Counted from the stretch's first letter, positions 12,836 to 29,119 are shown. The stretch: 64,000 nt of DNA from Octopus vulgaris (GCA_951406725.2 OX597821.1:107818001-107882000); one strand, 5' to 3'. Program-made: numbers and translations. Notes: generated by a model not told the origin, from the letters alone.

Positions 12836-13076
12836 TACGTGGTCTGATCAATAAATATTCCGACTGTTGCTATAGCAACAAAGCTAAGGCACGCAGAGTG
12901 AAGCCGCTCGGCACAGATTGACCTGGAACTCTGCTGTGCATGTGCACTCATTTTTAGCGTTCTAGCAAATGTCCGCCGTTTACAGCAGTGCTTGGAAGGA
13001 AGGTGTGTAGTGCATGGTCGTCGTATTGAACATGACAGAGTAAGTCGAGCAGAGAATCTGCATCAAATTTTGCCGA
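12836..13076 (+). mobile_element. mariner 5' end (TIR, 5' UTR, transposase N-terminus)
   Basis: TA-CGTGGTCTGATCAATAAATATTCCGACT TIR-like start; atgacagagtaagtcgagcagagaatctgcatcaaattttgc = MTE*VEQRICIKFC. Confidence 0.8.
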
Positions 13077-13121
13077 CTTCGACCCCTCTATAAATCCTAA
13101 ATTTTATTTTAGAATTTATGG

Positions 13122-14170
<1,049 letters not shown>

Positions 14171-14182
14171 ATATATGCATAC

Positions 14183-14272
<90 letters not shown>

Positions 14273-14335
14273 GTATGTGAGCATGTGTGTATACGCCAAT
14301 TGTATACATCTACATCTACACATGCATATACACAC

Positions 14336-14409
<74 letters not shown>

Positions 14410-14663
14410 TTATATTGCGTATTTATGCATATATGTTTTGTATATGTCATAATACTCTTTAAAGTTAAAACTTTCGCACGGTTCGGTTCGTCAGTCATTG
14501 TTTTGAGGTCGTGTCCTTTAAATTACTCTTTTGTAACTCAATGTATTCCGAGTACGTATACATAGCTTTATCCACACGTTCACATACGAAACAAAATAGG
14601 TGCACACGCACTAATATGAATGTGCATAAGTGTGATTTCGTACATATATATATATATATGTAA

Positions 14664-14720
<57 letters not shown>

Positions 14721-14777
14721 CACGTACACACACACACACGTATATATTTATACATATAAGAATATATATATATGTAA

Positions 14778-14818
<41 letters not shown>

Positions 14819-15068
14819 TGTTGCCAGAAGATTCTTTTTACGTGATATAATCTTAAAATTAGATACATACGCGCACGCGCTTACATACTCTTACATGCAC
14901 ACACACACACAAATGCAATGAAAAGCAGAAACACACTCAAACTCACACACACAGACACACGCATATATATACCTATACATACATACATATATATATGGAT
15001 GTATATACATATATATATACATGCATATATATATATGTATATACATATATATATATGTATATATGTAG

Positions 15069-15144
<76 letters not shown>

Positions 15145-15260
15145 GCATATATGTAGATATATATATATGTATATATATATATATGTATATATGTAGATAT
15201 ATATGTATGTATATACATATATACATATATATATGTATATATATATACATATATATATGT

Positions 15261-15297
<37 letters not shown>

Positions 15298-15630
15298 CAC
15301 ATATATATATACATATATGTACATATTTATTAATGCAAAATACCATTCCATTTAATGCCATCATTGTGTTGTTATCTCTGACCTTTTGGCAGGGAAATTA
15401 GTTCCATTGTTTTAATTTATTATCTTTATTATTATTATTATTATTGGTGTTACATTGTTGTTGCTGTTGCTATTTCTTCTTCTTCTTCTTCTTCTTCTTC
15501 TTCTTCTTCTTCTTCTTCTTCTTCTTCTTCTTCTTCTTCTTCTACTACTACTACTACTACTACTACTACTTTTGTTGTTATTACTTTTTGTTGTTTCGTT
15601 GCGTGTTTGTGAGTGTGCGTTTGTCTGTGA

Positions 15631-15683
<53 letters not shown>

Positions 15684-15831
15684 GTCCCTGTCTTTGGTTA
15701 CATCGCGACGTGGCCCTGGTTTTTGACTTCCTGTTACATGCACACAGACACACAAATGCAATCAAATTCAGAAACACACTCAAACTGTGACGTCTCTTTA
15801 GCACCGGTATATGTATGCATCACTAGGTATG

Positions 15832-15932
<101 letters not shown>

Positions 15933-16282
15933 ATATCTATATCTATATTTATACACACACATATATTAATATATATTTATATATATGTAAATATGTATAT
16001 GCGTGTGTATGTATTATATATATGTTTGTGTATGCGCGTATGCTTATATATGTCTAGGTATATATAGATTTACATATATGTATGCTTGTGAAATTTTTTG
16101 TTTCTTCCCGTATCACCTTATAACCGGTGTTATTTTATTTACGTCGTCGTTAATCGACATACGTAGCACTTGTAAAAATAAGCCTTGGTTTCCGCTAAAC
16201 CTTAAGTGGTACCCCATCATGGCTGCAGAGCAATGAGTGAAACAATTAAAAGATAAATTATAAAAAGAACAGGATGTGCAGA

Positions 16283-16470
16283 TGCGTGGCTTAGTGGTTT
16301 GGGTATTGTATTCGGGATCATAAGTTCGTGGTTTCAATTCCCGAACTCGGCGTTGTGTGGTTTTCTGAAGGAAACTGCTTCGTTCTCCGTTGCTTGAATC
16401 CAGCCATCTGCAGATGTGTTCTAACAATAGCTGGGAAGCTGGACCTGCGATGGACTGGCGCCCAGTCCAT
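16283..16470 (+). mobile_element. tRNA-derived SINE family C (diverged)
   Basis: A-box gtggcttagtggt, B-box ggtttcaattccc, downstream cctgcgatggactggcg; relatives at 20848-21055 and 37255-37385. Confidence 0.65.
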
Positions 16471-16649
16471 GTGCGAGCAGATGTTTCGATCTCAGCCACC
16501 GATTGTCATAAATTCTGGGGCACAAGATGTGGTAGTGCCAATGTTGTTTTGAAGAGCCTTCAAAAGTGTTAGATGGTAAAAGAGTTAGCGAGTCTCAGTT
16601 AGGAAATGTGGACCGAATTCTTGTACTACTACTACTACTACTACTACAT

Positions 16650-16686
<37 letters not shown>

Positions 16687-16978
16687 GCTACTTGTGTTGT
16701 TATTACTTTTTGTTGTTTCTTAGGCCGCTGAGCTGGCAGAATCGTTACTCGCTGGACAAAATGCTTGGTGGCATTTCATCTGTCTTTATGTTCTGAGTTC
16801 ACATTCATCCAAAGTCGATCTCTGTCTTTGGTTACATCGCGACGTGGCCCTGGTTTTTGACTTCGTAATTATTACACGCTGACATTTCTGTTTCCCAAAA
16901 TATCTGTGACGTCTCTTTAGCACCGGTATATGTATGCATCACTAGGTATGTTCAACTAGTTAATCATTTAAACAATTA

Positions 16979-17167
16979 GGCGCAGGAGTGGCAGTGTGGT
17001 AAGTAGCTTGCATACCAACCGCATGGTTCCGAGTTCATTCCCACTGCCTGGCACCTTGGGCAAGTGTCTTCTACTATAGCCTCGGGCCGACCAAAGCCAT
17101 GGGAATGGATTTTGTAGACGGAAACTGAAAGAAGCCCGTCGTATGCATGTATGTATATATATGTATA

Positions 17168-17235
<68 letters not shown>

Positions 17236-17452
17236 AGTGTGTGTATATGTCTGTGTTTGTCCCCCAACCTCGCTTGACAACCGATGCTGGTGTGATTATG
17301 TCCCTGTAACCTAGCGGTTCAGCAAAACAGACCGATAGAATAAGTACTAGGCTTCCAAAGAATAAATCCTAGGGTCGATTTGCTCGACTAAAGGCGGTGC
17401 TCCAGCATGGCCGCAGTCAAATGACTGAAACAAATAAAAGAGTAAAAAAGAG
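16979..17452 (+). mobile_element. SINE family B, full-length reference copy with internal (TA)n
   Basis: ggcgcaggagtggcagtgtggtaag (A box), gagttcattcccac (B box), ccttgggcaagt (CORE-like), internal microsatellite, tail ggcggtgctccagcatggccgcagtcaaatgactgaaac. Confidence 0.9.
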
Positions 17453-17868
17453 TTTGGTTAATCTTTCAGTCAGTCAATCACTCAATGAACTAGATAAATT
17501 CATCAGATTCCTTTAGTCGTCACTCGTGATTGACGTAACGATCACTCAAATAACCGATTAGTTAACTGTTTAAGTGATTAACTAATTCACTGATAATTCT
17601 TTCTAGTTTTTGGCGCAAGGCCAGCAATTTTGAAGGGAGGGGAAGTTGTTTTCATCTACCGCAGTGCAAAAGGGATCCCTTTTTTTATTTTATCGACCGC
17701 AAGAGAATGAAAGGCAGGATCAACCGCGGCAGGATTTCAACTCAGGATATAATGAATCGGAAGAAACACCGCATGTCATTTTGTCCGGCGTGCTAACAAT
17801 TCTTCCAGCCATTAGAATAATGATAACAACAACGACAAAAACAACCGCAACAACAACGACGACGACAA

Positions 17869-17909
<41 letters not shown>

Positions 17910-17948
17910 ATAGTAGTAGAAGTAGTATGGATGATGACAATAATAATG

Positions 17949-17986
<38 letters not shown>

Positions 17987-17997
17987 TATGATAATAG

Positions 17998-18027
<30 letters not shown>

Positions 18028-18028
<1 letters not shown>

Positions 18029-18176
18029 CTTGATATGAGATCACCATGTCGCGCACATATGGTTGTGATGCATGTGCCTGGTGTACCCTTATCAGACGGG
18101 TAGTCATGATGGGTATACTGGGCTTCGTATATTTTACCCCAGTGTCACTTTGATGGCATGCACTGCTCTCTCACTC
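18028..18176 (+). mobile_element. Short 3' end of the (AAT)n-associated LINE
   Basis: Near-identical to ~1825-1973; (AAT)n on both sides. Confidence 0.75.
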
Positions 18177-18223
<47 letters not shown>

Positions 18224-18286
18224 TAATAATAATGATGATAATATTAATAATAATAATAATTATAATAATAATGATAATAATATTAA

Positions 18287-18338
<52 letters not shown>

Positions 18339-18342
18339 TATG

Positions 18343-18375
<33 letters not shown>

Positions 18376-18394
18376 TGATAATAATAGTAATAAT

Positions 18395-18809
18395 ACTCTT
18401 TTACTCTTTTACTTGTTTCAGTTATTTGCCTGTGGCCAAGCTGGAGCACCGCCTTTAGACGAGCAAATCGACCCTAGGACTTATTCTTAGTAAGCCTAGT
18501 ACTTATTCTACCGGTTTCTTTTGACGAACCGCTAAGTTATGGGGACGTAAACTCACAAGCATCGGTTGTCAAGCGATGTTGGTGGTGGTGGGGGGATAAA
18601 CACAGAAATAAAAGCACACACAGACATATATACATATACATATATACGGCGGGCTTCTTTCAGTTTCCGTCTACGAAATCCATTCACAAGGCTTTCGTCG
18701 GCCCGAGACTATAGTAAAAGATACTTGCCCAAAGTGCCACACAGAGGAACTGAACCCAGAACCCTGTGGTTGGTAAGCAAGCTACTTACCACACAGCCAC
18801 TCCAGTGCC
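18395..18809 (-). mobile_element. SINE family B, full length
   Basis: Reverse complement of 16979-17452. Confidence 0.88.
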
Positions 18810-19050
18810 TATCATAATAATAATAACAACAATAATAGCAATAATAGCAACAACAACAATTAATTCTTAATTAAAATCGAAATCTATGACAAAAGCGAGC
18901 CACATGGGCAAGAAACTGCTCAGGAGGAACGAAACTCCAAACTTGAGGTTTCGGAAGCGGACGTCTTAACTGAACAGCCATGTCTGTAACTACTTTTGAA
19001 CCCCACAAAATATTCTCTTCGGTGATCTACTGACTCAAACATCAGTCCTC

Positions 19051-19495
<445 letters not shown>

Positions 19496-20539
19496 TGATC
19501 TGGTTGGTCCACTAATTAATTTCTTAATTACTCCCTGTTCATATAATCAATTCTGGGGATTTATAAACCTCTCCAGAAGTGCGAAGACCACCCAAGGTGG
19601 CTTAAATTACTTCGAGTTAAGATTACCATAATCTTCTCTAAACCGTGAATCTCTTTCTCCTCAGAGGTACCGACTGTTGATGAGCGAGGACGAGTGACAG
19701 ATGCGGGCCATACTTACATGCATACATGTACATACATACATACATACATACATACATACATACATACATACATACAGACAGACAGACAGACAGACAGACA
19801 TGCATGCATGCATACATACATACATACAAGTTGCAATCTGTGAGTGGAACAGTAAAAATATGCAAGACTTTTCTCAAGTTCCAAATGTTAATTTTATGTT
19901 AATGACATCCCAAAGATGAAGCCTTGTATCTTTGTTGGAAATCAGCTCCCTCCTCGGTGGAAGATTTATAATAATTACAAAATAGAAGAAACATACATTC
20001 ATACATACATATATAAATACATACATATATACATACTTTCCAGAAGTTCATCATTTAAATATATATGAGCATGTCTAGATATGTAATTATATGCATGAGA
20101 ATACACACACACATACATACATACATACATACATACATACATACATACATACGTATATTCCAGGAAAGTCTCTCAGATCTTCACTCTGCCACTAATAAAT
20201 TGGACATAGAGAATCTGCCTCACTTCCCTTTGCTCTTCTCTGTGAAACCGAGTACTTTTAGCTATGTATATATATGTATATGTATGTGTGTGTATATGTT
20301 CGTATATATATGTATGTGTAGTGTGTGTGTGTGTGTGTGTGTGTGTTTGTCCCCCCAACATCGCTTGACAACCGATGGTGGTGTGTTTGCAAAAGAGACC
20401 GATAGAATAAGTACTAGGCTTACAACGAGTAAGTCCTGGGATCGATTTGCTCGACTAAAGGCGGTGCTCCAGCATGGTCGCAGTCAAATGACTGAAACAA
20501 ATAAAAGAGAGTAAAAAAAGATATCTATAATTTAGATTC

Positions 20540-20800
20540 AGATAAATTAGGTACTTAAGCTGAGGCACCAGAATTTAGTACGGTATTATCCATACAATTT
20601 CAAAATAAGGTGATTAAAATCAAAATAAGCAACAAAGATATCCAGAGGTAACGCAGCACGATCGTTTCAAGCAACTCCATTTAATTGAAAAATGCAGTCA
20701 TTACATCAATTTAAATACAGAGCAATCCTCAGCTGCATGAAGAGATAGAATTAAATTAAATTAAAACAGATGGACACATTAGTATAATTTTACCTAAAAC
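20540..20800 (-). mobile_element. Penelope-like pLTR remnant with degenerate hammerhead (20653-20736)
   Basis: Minus: GCAG-CUGAGGA-...-GAAA-CGAUCG-UG-CUGC; flanks homologous to 9588-9870. Confidence 0.6.
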
Positions 20801-20847
20801 CTCCAAGAAGGTAAGGAGATAGACAAAGAACATGCTGACTTCACTTC

Positions 20848-21055
20848 AGGATGTCGGACCCATGATCGTAAGATTGTGGTTTCGTTTCCTGGACCGGGCG
20901 TCGCGTTGTGTTTTTGAGCAAAACACTTCATTTCACGTTGCTCCAGCCTCCTCAGCCGGCAAAAATGAGTAATCCTGCGACGGACTGGCGTTCCGTCCAA
21001 GTCCGGAATATAAAAGGAATGGAAACCGGGAGACCAGCCCTTTTGAGTCAGCATG
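20848..21055 (+). mobile_element. SINE family C
   Basis: gatcgtaagattgtggtttcgtttcctggaccgg...ttgagcaaaacacttcatttcacgttgctcc...cctgcgacggactggcg. Confidence 0.7.
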
Positions 21056-21507
21056 ACTCGAATAGTTAAATTTTACTAGGAACGAAAACGCTTAAGTAAC
21101 TCTGCAGCAACTATTCGAGTCATATTTCCAGTTTGAGGATATAAGTCCCTCCTTATAGCCTACTGACCCTGGAGAAGGCCCTTCGAAGGGTTCCGGGCGT
21201 TGCATCTTTATTCCCGCCAACTGACTGAAAATATTTGCAAACGAATCAAACGTATTCGATGCAATGTCTTAATATGGTTTGCAATCACTGAAACGAGATT
21301 AGAATCAATACCAGAATAGGCTCAGTAGGGGTAGCCTACCCCAGAATATTACTGGTATTTATTGCAATCCAGTGCCATGGAATGTTGAATATCAACCTCG
21401 GTCAAATGATTTTCTTTATTTCTAAAGGGACTTAACTCGATACCACAGTGTCTTAGTCTATCACACTACGAGCTGATTACTGCTGTCACTCTACTGTGGT
21501 AGTAGTT

Positions 21508-21561
<54 letters not shown>

Positions 21562-21849
21562 ATGCTGGAAGAAATACAACAATCGTGATTGCCATCATCA
21601 TCACCATCATCATATTTTCCATGGCCTAGTTACTCTTACAGCTTCTCTTCCTCCTCCTCCTCCCCTCCCTCTTCCTTCTCCCCGCTACTATTCCTCCTCC
21701 CTCCTCCTTCCTCTCTCTCTCCTCCTCTCTCTTTAATGATGATACGCGAAACATATTTCACCCGACACCATCAGTCTAGACTTGTAATTACCAAGATTAA
21801 TTCATCGTGACGGAGAAAGTGTTTCTTTGCTCAAAACTAATCCTTCATT

Positions 21850-22550
21850 GCCACCACCACCACCGACACCACCACCACCACCATAACCATTACCGTTGCC
21901 ACCGTCACCTCCATCACCCACTACGACCGCCACCATTACCACCACCATCGTCACCACTATGACGATGACGACGACGACAACGACGACGACGACGACCACC
22001 ACCACCACCATCACCACAGACACTGCTACCCCCACCGTCACTGTCACCAATACCATAATCATCATCATTAACCCCTCCCCCCATCGCCACTATTGCCACC
22101 ACCACCAACATCACCGCCGCCGCCGCCGCCGCCCCACCACCGCCGCCGCCGCCCCACCACCGCCACCGCTCATTAGGAGTACTGCAATCACTGTCGTCTC
22201 TCCGTCATCGCCATACAGACATCACCGCCATCCTGGTTTCACCGTGACCATCACGGTCGTCACGTTCCTCTACTAACCCTACTACCACTACCACCACCAC
22301 CACCACCACCACCACCACCACCACCACCACTACCACCACTACCATCCCTTCCATTACCATCACCACTATACCATCACCTACTCCTCCATTTCAAACCGCC
22401 ACTGTCGCTCCTGCCGTGAGCCTCACCACCTGTATTACCACTGTCACATCCCTCCACAAACTTTAACCAATATCACCACTAACATCCCCCCCTTCACCAT
22501 TACCACCACCATCAGCAACCACCACCACCACCACCACCATCATCAGCACT
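21850..22550. repeat. (CAC/CAT/GAC/GCC)n trinucleotide low-complexity region
   Basis: Direct inspection. Confidence 0.85.
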
Positions 22551-22719
22551 AGCAACGCAGCCAGTCTATCGTCTTAGGTTGACAGGACACGTTAGATGAG
22601 GCAGACATTTATAGACACCTTAAAAAGCTGGAATAGTCACGGCTGGATTGTCTTTTAACCATAGATTCTGCTTTGATCATGGCTGACTTGAAGTTAAAAA
22701 CAAGCACACTTTCTCGCGC

Positions 22720-22945
22720 GCACGCACACAAACACACAAATGGATACACACACACACACACGGACACACGTTCACACACACACATGGACAGACGCGTACA
22801 CGGGCATACTAACGCGCACAAACACACACACGCACACAAATGGACATACACAGACAAATGGACACACTAACGCGTACAAACACACACACATGTAAAGACA
22901 CACACACATACGGACACACACACATACGGACACACACACACATAC

Positions 22946-22979
<34 letters not shown>

Positions 22980-23225
22980 GGACACACTAACGCGTACAAA
23001 CACACACACATGTAAACACACACACATGTAAACACACACACACACACATACGGACACACTAACGCGTACAAACACACATACATGTAAACACACACACATG
23101 TACATACACACACAAATGGACACTTACACACAAACAGGGACACACACACACACAAACAGCGACACACACACACGGACACACTAACGTGCGCAAACACACA
23201 CACATGTATATACACACACACATGT
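22720..23225. repeat. CA-derived minisatellite (unit ~ggacacactaacgcgtacaaacacacacacatgtaaa)
   Basis: Unit recurs at ~22803, 22860, 22980, 23052, 23174. Confidence 0.8.
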
Positions 23226-24095
23226 ACTACAGTGTGATGTGAGAAGCACAATTGCGTGCACATACACATTCACGTACATACATACAGAGACAGACAGACA
23301 CACACACACACATACACACATCCTTACCGCACAATCATTATAGGAACATTAAACAAGACATGTCTACTACAACCTATACCACAGCTATTACTGCCTTGCC
23401 TACCACCCTATTCACCTCACCGCTACTATGGTTATTACAGCCACAAACAAAGGAAAAGTGCAGCGTGGTAGCTTAGGAGGCTAAAAATTGCAGCTAAATC
23501 TTTAAATCACTCACTACTGTATTAAAAAGGAAAAGCTTTGATTATATGACAGCAAGGTCAAGGTCGTTTACGTGTAACACAAGAACAAACTTCAAGGTGC
23601 TAGAAATAGCAGCTAAATCACATTTATGCTGTCATAGTGATTAGACGCAACACGAAAAAGGTGGATTATACGTCATGTCGTCCTAGATATATTTCTCAAA
23701 ATATACCTACCTACCTACCTACCTACCTACATAGATAGATAGATACATAGACACATACATAGATATATACATACATACATACATAAATACATGTTTAAAT
23801 GTATTATGGCAACTGTCTAACGAACGCTCACGTGAAACTCCGAGTAACAATTTTTGAAGACCTTTCCATATATATATATAGACAGATAGATGGAATATAT
23901 ATATATATATACTGTATATATATATATGTATGTATGTATATATAAATGAATAAGCATATATATAGTTAATCCAAATATGAAAACAGAAATAGAAAACATG
24001 TATATATATGTATGTACATACATATTTGTATATATATGTGCGTGTATCTATATATACATTTATATATACATATATATATACATATACATATATAC

Positions 24096-24152
<57 letters not shown>

Positions 24153-24671
24153 TATGTATGTGTGTATATATATATACACACATACATATATATGTATATG
24201 TTTTGTCGCCCCCACCATCGCTTGACAACCGATGTTGGTGTGTTCACGTCCCTGTAACCTAGCGATTAGGCCTAAGGGACCGACAGAATAAGTACTAGGT
24301 TTACAACGAATGAGTCCTGGGGGCAATTTGTTCGTCTAGAGGCGGTGCTCCAGCATAGCCGCTATCAAGAATATACGAAGACGTATATTTTAGTAGTTTG
24401 GTAATAATGGAGGAAGGATTAGACATTAGATGCACATACATACATGTATACACATTACGCATACGTACATGTATACATATACATAAACATATACGCACAC
24501 ATACACACATACAAATTTAAATACATACCTACACGTATGAATTTATGTATATCTGTTTGCACATATGTATATATACACAAGCATACATACATACATACAT
24601 GCACACATACATACATACATACATACATACATACATACATGCATACATACATACATACATACATACATACA

Positions 24672-24703
<32 letters not shown>

Positions 24704-24977
24704 GATTGAAAGACATACAAGCATACACACATAAAGACGCATATATACACAAAAATCACAGTCGTACATTCAAATATATGCACACACACACACTCACACA
24801 TGTACATATATATGCATATATGCATATATACCATATACACGAGTATCATTCTGTGTGTATATGTATGTATGTATGTATGTATATATGTATGTATGTATGT
24901 ATGTATGTGCGTGTGTATGTGCGTGTGTATGTGTGTGTATGTATATATATGCATGTATATATGTATGTGTGTGCGTG

Positions 24978-25228
24978 CATTAATCCCTCGCCATATAGCA
25001 GTTCTCCTATCACGGTTCTCCTATCGCGGTTCACCTAACGCGGTTTATTATTTAAGCTTACGTCGATTCCTTGGTGATGTCGTCTTGAATTTATGATAAA
25101 ATAAATATATACAAACTATATATAAAAACATAATAATAATAAGATACACAGCGCAGTACTGTTTCTACTTCGCCTATCGCGGTGGAATTTTGGAATGTAA
25201 CACCCGCGATATTCGAAGGATTACTGTA
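24978..25228. mobile_element. pogo/Tigger-like MITE
   Basis: Left taatccctcgccatatagc with internal ctatcgcgg repeats; right cgcgatattcgaaggattactg-TA. Confidence 0.65.
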
Positions 25229-25424
25229 CGTGTGTATGCATGTATTTATGTATGTATGTGTGCTTGCGTGTGTATATATATGCGTGTGTGATTGTATGAA
25301 TGAGTGTGTGTGAATATGAATATATATAATCCATTTTTCTATAGATAAATGGTTAGACAGATAGATACATATACCCACATACACAAATGTGAATACATAT
25401 TTACACGCACGCACTCACACACGC

Positions 25425-25475
<51 letters not shown>

Positions 25476-26035
25476 AATTTATATAAATAAGGATAAGATC
25501 GTTAATTTAAATATCGATCTTATCAGGTGGCCAGCATGGGAATAAAAACCTTCAAAGGTAATAATTATTATTAAAATTATAATTTAGGGTATCTGAGAGA
25601 TACCACCACGCTGGAAATAGCAGCCAAAGTATTAGTTATAGAACAAACATGAAATTTGGGTCAACGACTTTATGTACAACACCACCCCTCAAACATTTAA
25701 TCATATATAAAAATTACCATGGTTCACAAACACATAAAAAATAATACATATACATAAGATCACAGATGGCAAAAAAAAAGTAAATTATAAACGGCTAAAA
25801 GTTCAAAAACAACCAAAACAAGGTAATGGACAAATATGAAATAAGTAAAAGTAAAAATAAATTAAATAAAATATAATAAAAAATAAATGTCCACGGACTA
25901 AAAAAAGTTTTATCAGACGATTAAAATATTTTGGGAAGATTAAAACAAAAATTTTATTTGAATATTTGAAAAATATATGAAAAAGGCTTTCGTCTCATTT
26001 ATATTTAAGCACTTCTTTTGAAGTCCTATAGACCC

Positions 26036-26093
<58 letters not shown>

Positions 26094-26140
26094 ATATATG
26101 TATATATATATATATTTATATATGTATATATGTATGTATG

Positions 26141-26177
<37 letters not shown>

Positions 26178-26299
26178 GTATGTATATATATTTATATTTA
26201 TGTATATATATATGTATGTATATATATATGAATGTATATATATATATGTATATATATATATGTGTATGTATATATATATAGGTCTATATATATATATAG

Positions 26300-26359
<60 letters not shown>

Positions 26360-26710
26360 CATTAGGGAGCGAAGCAATTGTCAGATGTCGGTGAATATAT
26401 TCATTCGATCCATTTCAAATTGTCGAAATTCTCCACAAAAGAAATAGACGCGTTCATATATATGAGTCATAATAAAAATTCATAAGATGTTATAAATATA
26501 TATTTGCTTCTCTCCTTAATGTTATATTCATGAAGCTAGTTCCATTAAAGCGCTAATTGTTTGCTCTGTATAAAGTGGATGACTATATCACTTATTTCTT
26601 CATCATATACATGAATATATATACATACACACAGATATATATATATATACACATACGTACATATATATATATATAACTTATATATGTATACATATACATA
26701 TATATACATA

Positions 26711-26790
<80 letters not shown>

Positions 26791-26792
<2 letters not shown>

Positions 26793-26901
26793 TACTTTGA
26801 TACTTTGATAGGTTTCGGCCATTATTGGCCCAGGCCATGTCTAACTTAATAGCACCACCTGGTAAAAAAGTCCGATGCTCTACCGACTGAGCTATGCGGG
26901 C
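26791..26901 (-). mobile_element. tRNA-Lys(UUU)-headed mini-SINE (5' half of tRNA fused to retroposon tail)
   Basis: Minus: GCCCGCATAGCTCAGTCGGTAGAGCATCGGACTTTT resembles the 5' half of eukaryotic tRNA-Lys(UUU); followed by ggtggtgc...catggcc...ggccgaaacc(tatcaaag)n; same tail at 50890-50957. Confidence 0.75.
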
Positions 26902-27207
26902 AGATAGATATATATATATATATATATACACACACATATATATACATATATATATATATATACATATATATATGTATATATATATACGAATACTTTCATG
27001 TGTCCATACTTATTTCCAAAGGGGGCTAAACATAGAGGGTACAAACAGGGACAGACAAAGGGTTTAAGTCGATTACATCGACCTCGGCGGAATTTGAACT
27101 CAGAACGTAACGGCAGACGAAATACGGCTACGCATTTCGCCCGGCGTGCTAACGTTTCTGCCAGTAAAAGTGTTATAGTTATCTATAAAACAGCTACAGC
27201 AATAGAA

Positions 27208-27242
<35 letters not shown>

Positions 27243-27481
27243 GTGTGTGTGTGTGTGTGTGTGTTTAAGGAAATGAGAAAAAGAGAAAGTGGGGGCTGGG
27301 CATGTAAACTAACCCAATAGAATGTAGAATTAATAGGTTGGCAGCGACCTGTCTCTAAGTTATGTTGATTGACAGCTGATTAGGTGGTGCTTACAGCTTA
27401 TCGCCTACCTGAACGCACCTAGTTCATATACACGCACATTGGTTTAGAAACATACACATACACAAACACCTATATATAACT

Positions 27482-27524
<43 letters not shown>

Positions 27525-27633
27525 TTAATAAGTAACATGCTAGAAATTCTTTTGCTCTATGCATATTTACAACGAAATAACAAAGAATTGTTCATACCGC
27601 GATATCTAGAGACATATGCAGACAGACAGACAG

Positions 27634-27673
<40 letters not shown>

Positions 27674-27891
27674 GCATAGATATAGATATAGACACAAATA
27701 TACATATACATACACACACGCACATGCACAGACTTAACACACGTATACGTGCGTGTGCATGCACATATAAGCATATATGTGTGAATATATATACATACAT
27801 GCGTGGATATATATATATATATATATAGTTTATTTAAAGTATTTGAGTACTCTTTTTTCCACCTTGTTTCACATTTATGTGTTTACTCCGG

Positions 27892-27931
<40 letters not shown>

Positions 27932-27942
27932 TGGATAGATAA

Positions 27943-28026
<84 letters not shown>

Positions 28027-28176
28027 GTAGGTAGATAGGTAGATAAATATATAGATAGAGATCGATAGATAGAGGTACATAGATAATTATGTACACACAC
28101 ACTCACACGCACACACACACACACACATATATATATACATATATAATTACATACAATTATACATATGTACATCACG

Positions 28177-28214
<38 letters not shown>

Positions 28215-28477
28215 ACACACACACATGTACACACACACATGTACACACACACACATATATATATATATGCACATCTCTGTATATATTACATAAATGTGCA
28301 TATATATATATAAATATTTACGTATGTATAACGTATGAACAGTCATTATTTGGATCTTAACAAAAAATAATGAAAGTTGTATTATTTTCAAAATATCGTT
28401 TTATTTCACTAATTTTCTCATAACCAATGAGATCAGCGTTCGTTATTCTAGTGGATTCCTGAAAATGAGTTGGTAAA

Positions 28478-28780
28478 TCTTTATATATAAAAGTGAAGTT
28501 GTGTGAGTGTCTGTCTCCTACGATTTAGATTCCTAACTACTCCCACATTTTGCGGTGCAGTTTAACCAAAAGCGAGTATCTTATAGTCGTGATTCATATC
28601 GAGCCTTTCTGGGTATTAGCGCGCGTCTACGATGAGTCTACGATTTAAAAAAAAATTACCATCATTTTTTCCTATTTTTAATGCATTTTTTTGCTATTAT
28701 ATAAGGGAAGTAACTCTCTAAAAATGCTTATATAGTTATTTCCCTTACAAACCCCATGCAACGCCGGGCGATACTGCTAG
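28478..28780 (+). mobile_element. Non-autonomous Helitron
   Basis: A|TC start (tctttatatataaaag), 3' GC-rich stem cccatgcaacgccggg, then CTAG|T; AT target, no TSD. Confidence 0.8.
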
Positions 28781-29119
28781 TTGAAAATGAAAGAAGATTG
28801 AAAGACTTGAAAAACAGTGAGACATGGAGAAAGTTTCAAAGTTTCTGGAACATAAATACAAAAACTCTGTTAAGATATTAAAAGCTGTACGAGATGTTAG
28901 CTTCAATTACACAAATGAAAATTTTACAAAATTGTTTATAGTACATTGGGATAATGCTAGAAATTTGTGGAGAAGTGAACAAATGATGCCTCTATCTCTA
29001 ATATTTAACTGGTTACGCCGAGCAAAATGCTTAGCCCCGTTCGTGAGTCCAGAGTTCAAACTCCGCCGAGGTCGACTTTACCTTCCATCTTTTCGGGGTC
29101 GATTAAATATAACAGTAAC

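Noticed and set aside
17393-17432. Stem-loop followed by GAAAC in SINE/CR1 tails resembling a hammerhead 3' half
   Set aside because: No CUGANGA-type core or stem I upstream; treated as a LINE recognition stem-loop.
22720-23225. CRISPR-like repeat-spacer pattern (also 56520-57165)
   Set aside because: Spacers are CA/GT microsatellite variants, there are no cas genes, and the context is eukaryotic.
25492-25535. Hairpin gataagatcg/cgatcttatc next to CTGATAA on the minus strand
   Set aside because: No GAAA after the stem; too degenerate to call a hammerhead.
26864-26901. tRNA-Lys gene
   Set aside because: Only the 5' half is present; no T arm, B box or 3' acceptor strand.
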